Source: Eledone cirrhosa (Eukaryota). From it: a stretch of DNA of 64,000 bases. A program made the position numbers and the translations under genes. The stretch's first letter is position 1; every line of letters begins with the position of its first letter. This document shows, piece by piece, positions 1 through 18,000 of the stretch. The stretch covers positions 43,400,001 through 43,464,000 of the forward strand of contig OZ024756.1 in NCBI GenBank assembly GCA_964016885.1, written 5' to 3'. Below the pieces are notes generated by a model, which saw only the letters and a list, made by a program, of their open reading frames with translations, was not told the origin of the DNA and ran no database searches.

Positions 1-3000
1 CACTAGAGACAGAAATTGGACACCCACTAGAAACAGACATTGGACACACACACTACAGACAGACATTGGACACACGCTAGAGACAGACATTGAACACACT
101 AGAGACAGACATTGGACACACACTAGAGACAGACATTGGACACAGACACTTGACATATACATTGGACACACACAGTAGAGAAAGACATAGGACACACACT
201 AGAGACAGACATTAGACACACACTAGAGACAGACATTGGACACACACTAGAGACAGACATTGGACACACACTAGAGACAGACATTGGACACACTAGAGAC
301 AGACATTGGACACACACTAGAGACAGACATTGGACACACACTAGAGACAGACATTGGACACAGACACTAGAGACAGACATTGGACACACACAGAAGAGAA
401 AGACATTGGACACACACTAGAGACAGACATTTGACACACACTAGAGACAGACATTGGACACACACTAGAGACAGACATTGGACACAGACACTAAAGACAG
501 ACATTGGACACACACTAGAGACAGACATTGGACACACACTAGAGACAGACATTGGACACACACTAGAGACAGACATTAGACACACACTAGAGACAGACAT
601 TGGACACACACTAGAGACAGAAATTGGACACCCACTAGAAACAGACATTGGACACACACACTACAGACAGACATTGGACACACGCTAGAGACAGACATTG
701 AACACACTAGAGACAGACATTGGACACACACTAGAGACAGACATTGGACACAGACACTTGACATATACATTGGACACACACTAGAGACAGACATTGGACA
801 CAGACACTAGACACATACATTGGACACACACAGGAGAGAAAGACATAGGACACACACTAGAGACAGACATTAGACACACACTAGAGACAGACATTGGACA
901 CACACTAGAGACAGACATTGGACACACACTAGAGACAGACATTGGACACACATTAGAGTGAGACATTGGACACACACTAGAGACAGACATTGGACACACA
1001 CTAGAGACAGACATTTGACACACACAGTAGAGAAAGACATTGGACACACACTAGAGACAGACATTGGACACACACTAGAGAGAGATATTGGAGACACACA
1101 CTAGTGACCGACATTGGAGACACACACTAGAGACAGACATTGGACACACACTAGAGACAGACATTGGACACACACTAGAGACAGACATTGGACACACACT
1201 AGAGACAGACATTGGACACACACCAGAGACAGACATTGGACACACAATAGAGACAGACATTGGACACACACTAGAGACAGACATTAGACACACACTAGAG
1301 ACAGACATTGGACACACACTAGAGACAGAAATTGGACACCCACTAGAAACAGACATTGCACACACACACTAGAGACAGACATTGGACACACACTAGAGAC
1401 AGACATTGGACACACACTAGAGACAGACATTGGACACACACTAGAGACAGACATTGGACACACACTAGAGACAGACATTGGACACAGACACTAGACACAT
1501 ACATTGGACACACACAGTAGAGAATGACATAGGACACACACTAGAGACAGACATTAGACACACACTAGAGACAGACATTGGACACACACTAGAGACAGAC
1601 ATTGGACACACACTAGAGACAGACATTGGACACACTAGAGACAGACATTGGACACACACTAGAGACAGACATTGGACACACACTAGAGACAGACATTGGA
1701 CATAGACACTAGAGACAGACATTGGACACACACAGAAGAGAAAGACATTGGACACACACTAGAGACAGACATTTGACACACACTAGAGACAGACATTGGA
1801 CACACACTAGAGACAGACATTGGACACAGACACTAAAGACAGACATTGGACACACACTAGAGACAGACATTGGACACACACTAGAGACAGACATTGGACA
1901 CACACTAGAGACAGACATTGGACACACACTAGAGACAGATATTGGACACACACTAGAGACAGACATTAGACACACACTAGAGACAGACATTGGACACACA
2001 CTAGAGACAGACATTGGACACACAATAGAGACAGACATAGGACACACAATAGAGACAGACATTTGACACACACTAGAGACAGACATTGGACACACAATAG
2101 AGACAGACATAGGACACACACTAGAGACGGACATTAGACACACACTAGAGACAGACATTGGACACACACTAGAGACAGACATTGGACACACACTAGAGAC
2201 AGACATTGGACACACACTAGAGACAGACATTGGACACACACTAGAGACAGTCATTGGACACACAATAGAGACAGACATAAGACACAGACTAGAGACAGAC
2301 ATCTGAGACACACTAGAGACAGACATTGGAAACACACACTAGAGAGAAATCGACACACACTGGAGACAGACATTGGACACACACACTAGAGACAGACATT
2401 GGACACACACTAGAGACAGACATTGGACACACACTAGAGAGAGACATTGGACACACACAGTAGAGAAAGACATTGGACACACACTAGAGACAGACATTGG
2501 ACACACACTAGAGAGAGACATTGGACACACACTAGAGACAGACATTGGACACTGACACTAGTGACAGACATTGGACACACACTAGAGACAGACATTAGAC
2601 ACACACTAGAGACAGACATTGGACACACACTAGAGACAGACATTGGACACACACTCTAGAGACAGACATTGGACACACACTAGAGACAGACATTAGACAC
2701 ACACAAGAGATAGACATTGGACACACATCAGAGACAGACATTGGAGACACACTAGAGACAGACATTGGACACACACTAGAGACAGGCATTGGACACACAC
2801 TAGAGACAGACATTGGACGCACACTATAGACAGAAATTGGACACACACTAGAGACACACATTGGACACACACTAGAGACAGACATTGGACACACACACTA
2901 GAGACAGATATTGGACACACACTAGAGACAGACATTAGACACACACTAGAGACAGACATTGGACACACACTAGAGACAGACATTGGACACACAATAGAGA

Positions 3001-6000
3001 CAGACATAGGACACACAATAGAGACAGACATTTGACACACACTAGAGACAGACATTGGACACAGAATAGAGACAGACATAGGACACACACTAGAGACAGA
3101 CATTAGACACACACTAGAGACAGACATTGGACACACACTAGAGACAGACATTGGACACACACTAGAGACAGACATTGGACACACACTAGAGACAGTCATT
3201 GGACACACTCTATAGACAGACATTGGACACACACTAGAGACAGACATTTGACACACACTAGAGACAGACATTGGAAACACACACTAGAGAGAAATCGACA
3301 CACACTGGAGACAGACATTGGACACACACACTAGAGACAGACATTGGACACACACTAGAGACAGACATTGGACACACACTAGAGAGAGACATTGGACTCA
3401 CACAGTAGAGAAAGACATTGGACACACACTAGAGACAGACATTGGACACACACTAGAGAGAGACATTGGACACACACTAGAGACAGACATTGGACACTGA
3501 CACTAGGGACAGACATTGGACACACACTAGAGACAGACATTAGACACACACACTAGAGACAGACATTGGCCACACACTAGAGACAGACATTAGACACACA
3601 CTAGAGACAGACATTGGACACACACTAGAGACAGACATTGGACACACACTCTAGAGACAGACATTGGACACACACTAGAGACAGACATTAGACACACACA
3701 AGAGACAGACATTGGACACACACTAGAGACAGACATTGGACACACACTAGAGACAGACATTGGACACACACTAGAGACAGACATTGGACACACTCTATAG
3801 ACAGACATTGGACACACACTAGAGACAGACATTGGACACACACTAGAGACAGACATTGGACACAGACACTAGACACATACATTGGACACACACAGTAGAG
3901 AAAGACATTAGACACACACTAGAGACAGACATTGGACACACACTAGAGACAGACAGTGGACACAGACACTAGAGAAAGACATTGGACACACACTACAGAC
4001 AGGCATTAGACACACACTAGAGACAGACATTGGACACACACTAGAGACCGACATTGGACACACACTAGAGACAGACATTGGACACACACCAGAGACAGAC
4101 ATTGGACACACACTAGAGACAGACATTGGACACACACTAGAGACAGGCATTGGACACACATTAGAGACAGACATTGGACACACACGCTAGAGACAGACAT
4201 TGGACACACACTAGAGACAGACATTGGAGACACACTAGAGACAGACATTGGACACACACTATAGACAGACATTGGACACACACTAGAGACAGACATTGAA
4301 CACACACTAGAGACAGACATTGGACACACACACTAGAGACAGACATTGGACACGGACTAGAGACAGACATTGGACACACACAGTAGAGAAAGACATTGGA
4401 CACAGTCTAGAGATAGACATTGGACACACACTAGAGACAGCCATTGGACACACACTAGAGGCAGACATTGGACACAGACACTAGAGACAGACATTGGACA
4501 CACACTATAAACAGACATTAGACACACACACTATAGACAGACATTGGACACAAACTAGAGACAGACATTGGACACAAACTAGAGAGAGACATTGGACACA
4601 CACTAGAGACAGACATTGGACACACACTATAGACAGACATTGGACACACACTAGAGACAGACATTGGACACACACTAGAGACAGACATTGGACACACACA
4701 CTAGAGACAGATATTGGACACACACACTAGAGACAGACATTGGACACACACACTAGAGACAGACATTGGACACACACACACTAGACAGACATTGGACACA
4801 CACCAGAGACAGACATTGGACGCACACTAGAGACAGACATTGGACACACACTAGAGAGAGACATTGGACACACACTAGAGACAGACATTGGACACACACT
4901 AGAGACAGACATTAGACACACACAAGAGACAGACATTGGACACACACTAGAGACAGGCATTGGACACACACTAGAGACAGACATTGGACACACACTAGAG
5001 ACAGACATTGGACACACACCAGAGACAGACATTGGAGACACACTAGAGACAGACATTGGACACACACTAGAGACAGACATTGGACACACACTAGAGACAG
5101 ACATTGGACACACACTAGAGAGAGACATTGGACACACACAGTAGAGAAAGACATTGGACACACACTAGAGACAGACATTGGACACACACTAGAGACAGAC
5201 ATTGGAAACACAATAGAGACAGACATAGGACACACAATAGAGACAGACATTTGACATACACTAGAGACAGACATTGGACACACAATAGAGACAGACATAG
5301 GACACACACTAGAGACAGACATTAGACACACACTAGAGACAGACATTGGACACACACTAGAGACAGACATTGGACACACACTAGAGACAGACATTGGACA
5401 CACACTAGAGACACACTCATTGGACACACAATAGAGATAGACATAGGACACAGACTAGAGACAGACATTTGACACACACTAGAGACAGACATTGGAAACA
5501 CACACTAGAGAGAAATCGACACACACTGGAGACAGACATTGGACACACACACTAGAGACAGACATTGGACACACACTAGAGACAGACATTGGACACACAC
5601 TAGAGAGAGAGACATTGGACACACACAGTAGAGAAAGACATTGGACACACACTAGAGACAGACATTGGACACACACTAGAGACAGACATTGGACACACAC
5701 TAGAGAGAGACATTGGACACACACTAGAGACAGACATTGGACACTGACACTAGTGACAGACATTGGACACACACTAGAGACAGACATTAGACACACACAC
5801 TAGAGACAGACATTGGACACACACTAGAGACACACATTAGACACACACTAGAGACAGACATTGGACACACACTAGAGACAGACATTGGACACACACTCTA
5901 GAGACAGACATTGGACACACACTAGAGACAGACATTAGACACACACAATAGAGACAGACATTGGACACACACTAGAGACAGACATTGGACACACACTAGA

Positions 6001-9000
6001 GACAGACATTGGACACACACTAGAGACAGACATTGGACACACACTAGAGACAGACATTGGACACACACCAGAGACAGACATTGGAGACACACTAGAGACA
6101 GACATTGGACGCACACTATAGACAGACATTGGACACACACTAGAGACAGACATTGGACACACACTAGAGACAGACATTGGACACACACACTAGAGACAGA
6201 TATTGGACACACACTAGAGACAGACATTAGACACACACTAGAGACAGACATTGGACACACACTAGAGACAGACATTGGACACGAAATAGAGACAGACATA
6301 GGACACACAATAGAGACAGACATTTGACACACACTAGAGACAGACATTGGACACAGAATAGAGACAGACATAGGACACACACTAGAGACAGACATTGGAC
6401 ACACACTAGAGACAGACATTGGACACACACTAGAGAGAAATCGACACACACTGGAGACAGACATTGGACACACACACTAGAGACAGACATTGGACACACA
6501 CTAGAGACAGACATTGGACACACACTAGAGAGAGACATTGGACACACACAGTAGAGAAAGACATTGGACACACACTAGAGACAGACATTGGACACACACT
6601 AGAGACAGACATTGGACACACACTAGAGAGAGACATTGGACACACACTAGAGACAGACATTGGACACTGACACTAGTGACAGACATTGGACACACACTAG
6701 AGACAGACATTAGACACACACACTAGAGACAGACATTGGACACACACTAGAGACAGACATTAGACACACACTAGAGACAGACATTGGACACACACTAGAG
6801 ACAGACATTGGACACACACTCTAGAGACAGACATTGGATACACACTAGAGACAGACATTAGACACACACAATAGAGACAGACATTGGACACACACTAGAG
6901 ACAGACATTGGACACACACTAGAGACAGACATTGGACACACACTAGAGACAGACATTGGACACACACTAGAGACAGACATTGGACACACACCAGAGACAG
7001 ACATTGGAGACACACTAGAGACAGACATTGGACGCACACTATAGACAGACATTGGACACACACTAGAGACACACATTGGACACACACTAGAGACAGACAT
7101 TGGACACACACACTAGAGACAGATATTGGACACACACTAGAGACAGACATTAGACACACACTAGAGACAGACATTGGACACACACTAGAGACAGACATTG
7201 GACACGAAATAGAGACAGACATAGGACACACAATAGAGACAGACATTTGACACACACTAGAGACAGACATTGGACACAGAATAGAGACAGACATAGGACA
7301 CACACTAGAGACAGACATTAGACACACACTAGAGACAGACATTGGACACACACTAGAGACAGACATTGGACACACACTAGAGACAGACATTGGACACACA
7401 CTAGAGACAGACATTGGACACACACTAGAGACAGTCATTGGACACACTCTATAGACAGACATTGGACACACACTAGAGACAGACATTTGACACACACTAG
7501 AGACAGACATTGGAAACACACACTAGAGAGAAATCGACACACACTGGAGACAGACATTGGACACACACACTAGAGACAGACATTGGACACACACTAGAGA
7601 CAGACATTGGACACACACTAGAGAGAGACATTGGACTCACACAGTAGAGAAAGACATTGGACACACACTAGAGACAGACATTGGACACACACTAGAGAGA
7701 GACATTGGACACACACTAGAGACAGACATTGGACACTGACACTAGGGACAGACATTGGACACACACTAGAGACAGACATTAGACACACACACTAGAGACA
7801 GACATTGGCCACACACTAGAGACAGACATTAGACACACACTAGAGACAGACATTGGACACACACTAGAGACAGACATTGGACACACACTCTAGAGACAGA
7901 CATTGGACACACACTAGAGACAGACATTAGACACACACAAGAGACAGACATTGGACACACACTAGAGACAGACATTGGACACACACTAGAGACAGACATT
8001 GGACACACACTAGAGACAGACATTGGACACACTCTATAGACAGACACTGGACACACACTAGAGACAGACATTGGACACACACTAGAGACAGACATTGGAC
8101 ACAGACACTAGACACATACATTGGACACACACAGTAGAGAAAGACATTAGACACACACTAGAGACAGACATTGGACACACACTAGAGACAGACATTGGAC
8201 ACAGACACTAGAGAAAGACATTGGACACACACTACAGACAGACATTAGACACACACTAGAGACAGACATTGGACACACACTAGAGACCGACATTGGACAC
8301 ACACTAGAGACAGACATTGGACACACACTAGAGACAGACATTGGACACACACCAGAGACAGACATTGGACACACACTAGAGACAGACATTGGACACACAC
8401 TAGAGACAGGCATTGGACACACATTAGAGACAGACATTGGACAAACACGCTAGAGACAGACATTGGACACACACTAGAGACAGACATTGGACACACACTA
8501 GAGACAGACATTGGACAGACACTAGAGACAGACATTGGACACACACACTAGAGAGAAATTGGACACACACTGGAGACAGACATTGGACACACACACTAGA
8601 GACAGACATTGGACACGGACTAGAGACAGACATTGGACACACACAGTAGAGAAAGACATTGGACACAGTCTAGAGATAGACATTGGACACACACTAGAGA
8701 CAGCCATTGGACACACACTAGAGACAGACATTGGACACAGACACTAGAGACAGACATTGGACACACACTAGAAACAGACATTAGACACACACACTATAGA
8801 CAGACATTGGACACAAACTAGAGACAGACATTGGACACAAACTAGAGAGAGACATTGGACACACACTAGAGACAGACATTGGACACACACTATAGACAGA
8901 CATTGGACACACAATTAGAGACAGACATTGGACACACACTAGAGACAGACATTGGACACACACACTAGAGACAGATATTGGACACACACACTAGAGACAG

Positions 9001-12000
9001 ACATTGGACACACACACTAGAGACAGACATTGGACACACACACACTAGACAGACATTGGACACACACCAGAGACAGACATTGGACGCACACTAGAGACAG
9101 ACATTGGACACACACTAGAGAGAGACATTGGACACACACTAGAGACAGACATTGGACACACACTAGAGACAGACATTAGACACACACAAGAGACAGACAT
9201 TGGACACACACTAGAGACAGGCATTGGACACACACTAGAGACAGACATTGGACACACACTAGAGACAGACATTGGACACACACCAGAGACAGACATTGGA
9301 GACACACTAGAGACAGACATTGGACACACACTAGAGACAGACATTGGACACACACTAGAGACAGACATTGGACACACACACTAGAGACAGATATTGGACA
9401 CACACACTAGAGACAGACATCGGACACACACACTAGAGACAGACATTGGACACACACACTAGAGACAGACATTGGTCACACACACTAGAGACAGACATTG
9501 GACACACACACTAGAGACAGATATTGGACACACACTAGAGACAGACATTAGACACACACTAGAGACAGACATTGGACACACACTAGAGACAGACATTGGA
9601 CACACAATAGAGACAGACATAGGACACACAATAGAGACAGACATTTGACACACACTAGAGACAGACATTGGACACACATCAGAGACAGACATTGGAGACA
9701 CACTAGAGACAGACATTGGACACACACTATAGACAGACATTGGACACACACTAGAGACAGACATTGAACACACACTAGAGACAGACATTGGACACACACA
9801 CTAGAGACAGACATTGGACACACACTAGAGACAGACATTAGACACACACTAGAGACAGACATTGGACACACACTAGAGACAGACATTGGACACACAATAG
9901 AGCCAGACATAGGACACACACTAGAGACAGACATTTGACACACACTAGAGACAGACATTGGGCAAACACTAGAGACAGACATTGGACACACACTAGAGAC
10001 AGACATTGGACACACACCAGAGTAGACATTGGACACACACCAGAGTAGACATTGGACACACACTAGAGACAGACATTGGACACACACTAGAGACAGACAT
10101 TGGACACACTAGTAACAGACATTGGACACACACTAGAGACAGACATTGGACACAGACACTAGACACATACATTGGACACACACAGTAGAGAAAGACATTA
10201 GACACACACTAGAGACAGACATTGGACACACACTAGAGACAGACATTGGACACAGACACTAGAGAAAGACATTGGACACACACTAGAGACAGACATTAGA
10301 CACAGACTAGAGACAGACATTGGACACACACTAGAGACAGACATTGGACACACACCAGAGACAGACATTGGACACACACGAGACAGACATTGGACACACA
10401 CTAGAGACAGACATTGGACACACACTAGAGACAGACATTGGACACACACACTAGAGAGAAATTGGACACACACTGGAGACAGACATTGGACACACACACT
10501 AGAGACAGACATTGGACACGGACTAGAGACAGACATTGGACACACAGAGTAGAGAAAGACATTGGACACACTCTAGAGACAGACATTGGACACACACTAG
10601 AGACAGACATTGGACACACACTAGAGACAGACATTGGACACACACTAGAGATAGACATTGGACACACATCAGAGACAGACATTGGAGACACACTAGAGTC
10701 AGACATTGGACACACACTATAGACAGACATTGGACACACACTAGAGACAGACATTGGACACACACTAGAGACAGACATTGGACACAGACACTAGACACAT
10801 ACATTGGACACACACTAGAGACAGACATTAGACACACACACTAGAGACAGACATTGGACACAAACTAGAGACAGACATTGGACACAAACTAGAGACAGAC
10901 ATTGGACACACACTAGAGACAGACATTGGACACACACTATAGACAGACATTGGACACACACTAGAGACAGACATTGGACACACACTAGAGACAGACATTG
11001 GACACACAAACTAGAGACAGATATTGGACATACACACTAGAGACAGACATTGGACACACACACTAGAGACAGACATTGGACACACACACTAGAGACAGAC
11101 ATTGGACACACACCAGAGACAGACATTGGACGCACACTAGAGACAGACATTGGACACACACTAGAGAGAGACATTGGACACACACTAGAGTCAGACATTG
11201 GACACACACTAGAGACAGACATTAGACACACACAAGAGACAGACATTGGACACACACTAGAGACAGGCATTGGACACACACTAGAGACAGACATTGGACA
11301 CACACTAGAGACAGACATTGGACACACACCAGAGACAGACATTGGAGACACACTAGAGACAGACATTGGACACACACTATAGACAGACATTGGACACACA
11401 CTAGAGACAGACATTGGACACACACTAGAGACAGACATTGGACACACACTAGAGACAGATATTGGACACACACTAGAGACAGACATTAGACACACACTAG
11501 AGACAGACATTGGACACACACTAGAGACAGACATTGGACACACAATAGAGACAGACATAGGACACACAATAGAGACAGACATTTGACACACACTAGAGAC
11601 AGACATTGGACACACAATAGAGACAGACATAGGACACACACTAGAGACAGACATTAGACACACACTAGAGACAGACATTGGACACACACTAGAGACAGAC
11701 ATTGGACACACACTAGAGACAGACATTGGACACACACTAGAGACAGACATTGGACACACACTAGAGACAGTCATTGGACACACAATAGAGACAGACATAA
11801 GACACAGACTAGAGACAGACATCTGAGACACACTAGAGACAGACATTGGAAACACACACTAGAGAGAAATCGACACACACTGGAGACAGACATTGGACAC
11901 ACACACTAGAGACAGACATTGGACACACACTAGAGACAGACATTGGACACACACTAGAGAGAGACATTGGACACACACAATAGAGAAAGACATTGGACAC

Positions 12001-15000
12001 ATACTAGAGACAGACATTGGACACACACTAGAGAGAGACATTGGACACACACTAGAGACGGACATTGGACACACACTAGAGAGAGACATTGGACACACAC
12101 AGTAGAGAAAGACATTGGACACACACTAGAGACAGACATTGGACACACACTAGAGAGAGACATTGGACACACACTAGAGACAGACATTGGACACTGACAC
12201 TAGTGACAGACATTGGACACACACTAGAGACAGACATTAGACACACACTAGAGACAGACATTGGACACACACTATAGACAGACATTGGACACACACTAGA
12301 GACAGACATTGAACACACACTAGAGACAGACATTGGACACACACACTAGAGACAGACATTGGACACACACTAGAGACAGACATTAGACACACACTAGAGA
12401 CAGACATTGGACACACACTAGAGACAGACATTGGACACACAATAGAGCCAGACATAGGACACACACTAGAGACAGACATTTGACACACACTAGAGACAGA
12501 CATTGGGCAAACACTAGAGACAGACATTGGACACACACTAGAGACAGACATTGGACACACACCAGAGTAGACATTGGACACACACCAGAGTAGCCATTGG
12601 ACACCCACTAGAGACAGACATTGGACACACACTAGAGACAGACATTGGACACACTAGAGACAGACATTGGACACGCACTAGAGACAGACATTGGACACAG
12701 ACACTAGACACATACGTTGGACACACACAGTAGAGAAAGACATTAGACACACACTAGAGACAGACATTGGACAGACACTAGAGACAGACATTGGACACAG
12801 ACACTAGAGAAAGACATTGGACACACACTAGAGACAGACATTGGACACACACCAGAGACAGACATTGGACACACACTAGAGACAGACATTGGACACACAC
12901 TAGAGACAGGCATTGGACACACATTAGAGACAGACATTGGACACACACGCTAGAGACAGACATTGGACACACACTAGAGACAGACATTGGACACACACTA
13001 GAGACAGACATTGGACACACACTAGAGACAGATATTGGACACACACTAGAGAGAAATTGGACACACACTGGAGACAGACGTTGGACACACACACTAGAGA
13101 CAGACATTGGACACGGACGAGAGACAGACATTGGACACACACAGTAGAGAAAGACATTGGACACACTCTAGAGACAGACATTGGACACACACTAGAGACA
13201 GACATTGGACACAGACACTAGAGACAGACATTGGACACACAGTAGAAACAGACATTAGACACACACACTAGAGACAGACATTGGACACAAACTAGAGACA
13301 GACATTGGACACAAACTAGAGACAGACATTGGACACACACTAGAGACAGACATTGGACACACACTATAGACAGACATTGGACACACACTAGAGACAGACA
13401 TTGGACACACACTAGAGACAGAAATTGGACACACACACTAGAGACAGATATTGGACACACACACTAGAGACAGACATCGGACACACACACTAGAGACAGA
13501 CATTGGACACACACACTAGAGACAGACATTGGTCACACACACTAGAGACAGACATTGGACACACACACTAGAGACAGATATTGGACACACACTAGAGACA
13601 GACATTAGACACACACTAGAGACAGACATTGGACACACACTAGAGACAGACATTGGACACACAATAGAGACAGACATAGGATACACAATAGAGACAGACA
13701 TTTGACACACACTAGAGACAGACATTGGACACACATCAGAGACAGACATTGGAGACACACTAGAGACAGACATTGGACACACACTATAGACAGACATTGG
13801 ACACACACTAGAGACAGACATTGAACACACACTAGAGACAGACATTGGACACACACACTAGAGACAGACATTGGACACACACTAGAGACAGACATTAGAC
13901 ACACACTAGAGACAGACATTGGACACACACTAGAGACAGACATTGGACACACAATAGAGCCAGACATAGGACACACACTAGAGACAGACATTTGACACAC
14001 ACTAGAGACAGACATTGGGCAAACACTAGAGACAGACATTGGACACACACTAGAGACAGACATTGGACACACACCAGAGTAGACATTGGACACACACCAG
14101 AGTAGACATTGGACACACACTAGAGACAGACATTGGACACACACTAGAGACAGACATTGGACACACTAGAAACAGACATTGGACACACACTAGAGACAGA
14201 CATTGGACACAGACACTAGACACATACATTGGACACACACAGTAGAGAAAGACATTAGACACACACTAGAGACAGACATTGGACACACACTAGAGACAGA
14301 CATTGGACACAGACACTAGAGAAAGACATTGGACACACACTAGAGACAGACATTAGACACAGACTAGAGACAGACATTGGACACACACTAGAGACAGACA
14401 TTGGACACACACCAGAGACAGACATTGGACACACACGAGACAGACATTGGACACACACTAGAGACAGACATTGGACACACACTAGAGACAGACATTGGAC
14501 ACACACACTAGAGAGAAATTGGACACACACTGGAGACAGACATTGGACACACACACTAGAGACAGACATTGGACACGGACTAGAGACAGACATTGGACAC
14601 ACAGAGTAGAGAAAGACATTGGACACACTCTAGAGACAGACATTGGACACACACTAGAGACAGACATTGGACACACACTAGAGACAGACATTGGACACAC
14701 ACTAGAGATAGACATTGGACACACATCAGAGACAGACATTGGAGACACACTAGAGACAGACATTGGACACACACTATAGACAGATATTGGACACACACTA
14801 GAGACAGACATTGGACACACACTAGAGACAGACATTGGACACAGACACTAGACACATACATTGGATACACACTAGAGACAGACATTAGACACACACACTA
14901 GAGACAGACATTGGACACAAACTAGAGACAGACATTGGACACAAACTAGAGACAGACATTGGACACATACTAGAGACAGACATTGGACACACACTATAGA

Positions 15001-18000
15001 CAGACATTGGACACACACTAGAGACAGACATTGGACACACACTAGAGACAGACATTGGACACACAAACTAGAGACAGATATTGGACATACACACTAGAGA
15101 CAGACATTGGACACAAACACTAGAGACAGACATTGGACACACACACTAGAGACAGACATTGGACACACACCAGAGACAGACATTGGACACACACTAGAGA
15201 CAGACATTGGACACACACTAGAGAGAGACTTTGGACACACACTAGAGTCAGACATTGGACACACACTAGAGACAGACATTAGACACACACAAGAGACAGA
15301 CATTGGACACACACTAGAGACAGGCATTGGACACACACTAGAGACAGACATTGGACACACACTAGAGACAGACATTGGACACACACCAGAGACAGACATT
15401 GGAGACACACTAGAGACAGACATTGGACACACACTATAGACAGACATTGGACACACACTAGAGACAGACATTGGACACACACTAGAGACAGACATTGGAC
15501 ACACACTAGAGACAGATATTGGACACACACTAGAGACAGACATTAGACACACACTAGAGACAGACATTGGACACACACTAGAGACAGACATTGGACACAC
15601 AATAGAGACAGACATAGGACACACAATAGAGACAGACATTTGACACACACTAGAGACAGACATTGGACACACAATAGAGATAGACATAGGACACACACTA
15701 GAGACAGACATTAGACACACACTAGAGACAGACATTGGACACACACTAGAGACAGACATTGGACACACACTAGAGACAGACATTGGACACACACTAGAGA
15801 CAGACATTGGACACACACTAGAGACAGTCATTGGACACACAATAGAGACAGACATAAGACACAGACTAGAGACAGACATCTGAGACACACTAGAGACAGA
15901 CATTGGAAACACACACTAGAGAGAAATCGACACACACTGGAGACAGACATTGGACACACACACTAGAGACAGACATTGGACACACACTAGAGACAGACAT
16001 TGGACACACACTAGAGAGAGACATTGGACACACACAGTAGAGAAAGACATTGGACACACACTAGAGACAGACATTGGACACACACTAGAGAGAGACATTG
16101 GACACACACTAGAGACAGACATTGGACACACATCAGAGACAGACATTGGAGACACACTAGAGACAGACATTGGACACACACTAGAGACAGGCATTGGACA
16201 CACACTAGAGACAGACATTGGACGCACACTATAGACAGACATTGGACACACACTAGAGACACACATTGGACACACACTAGAGACAGACATTGGACACACA
16301 CACTAGAGACAGATATTGGACACACACTAGAGACAGACATTAGACACACACTAGAGACAGACATTGGACACACACTAGAGACAGACATTGGACACACAAT
16401 AGAGACAGACATAGGACACACAATAGAGACAGACATTTGACACACACTAGAGACAGACATTGGACACAGAATAGAGACAGACATAGGACACACACTAGAG
16501 ACAGACATTAGACACACACTAGAGACAGACATTGGACACACACTAGAGACAGACATTGGACACACACTAGAGACAGACATTGGACACACACTAGAGACAG
16601 TCATTGGACACACTCTATAGACAGACATTGGACACACACTAGAGACAGACATTTGACACACACTAGAGACAGACATTGGAAACACACACTAGAGAGAAAT
16701 CGACACACACTGGAGACAGACATTGGACACACACACTAGAGACAGACATTGGACACACACTAGAGACAGACATTGGACACACACTAGAGAGAGACATTGG
16801 ACTCACACAGTAGAGAAAGACATTGGACACACACTAGAGACAGACATTGGACACACACTAGAGAGAGACATTGGACACACACTAGAGACAGACATTGGAC
16901 ACTGACACTAGGGACAGACATTGGACACACACTAGAGACAGACATTAGACACACACACTAGAGACAGACATTGGCCACACACTAGAGACAGACATTAGAC
17001 ACACACTAGAGACAGACATTGGACACACACTAGAGACAGACATTGGACACACACTCTAGAGACAGACATTGGACACACACTAGAGACAGACATTAGACAC
17101 ACACAAGAGACAGACATTGGACACACACTAGAGACAGACATTGGACACACACTAGAGACAGACATTGGACACACACTAGAGACAGACATTGGACACACTC
17201 TATAGACAGACATTGGACACACACTAGAGACAGACATTGGACACACACTAGAGACAGACATTGGACACAGACACTAGACACATACATTGGACACACACAG
17301 TAGAGAAAGACATTAGACACACACTAGAGACAGACATTGGACACACACTAGAGACAGACAGTGGACACAGACACTAGAGAAAGACATTGGACACACACTA
17401 CAGACAGACATTAGACACACACTAGAGACAGACATTGGACACACACTAGAGACCGACATTGGACACACACTAGAGACAGACATTGGACACACACCAGAGA
17501 CAGACATTGGACACACACTAGAGACAGACATTGGACACACACTAGAGACAGGCATTGGACACACATTAGAGACAGACATTGGACACACACGCTAGAGACA
17601 GACATTGGACACACACTAGAGACAGACATTGGAGACACACTAGAGACAGACATTGGACACACACTATAGACAGACATTGGACACACACTAGAGACAGACA
17701 TTGAACACACACTAGAGACAGACATTGGACACACACACTAGAGACAGACATTGGACACGGACTAGAGACAGACATTGGACACACACAGTAGAGAAAGACA
17801 TTGGACACAGTCTAGAGATAGACATTGGACACACACTAGAGACAGCCATTGGACACACACTAGAGGCAGACATTGGACACAGACACTAGAGACAGACATT
17901 GGACACACACTATAAACAGACATTAGACACACACACTATAGACAGACATTGGACACAAACTAGAGACAGACATTGGACACAAACTAGAGAGAGACATTGG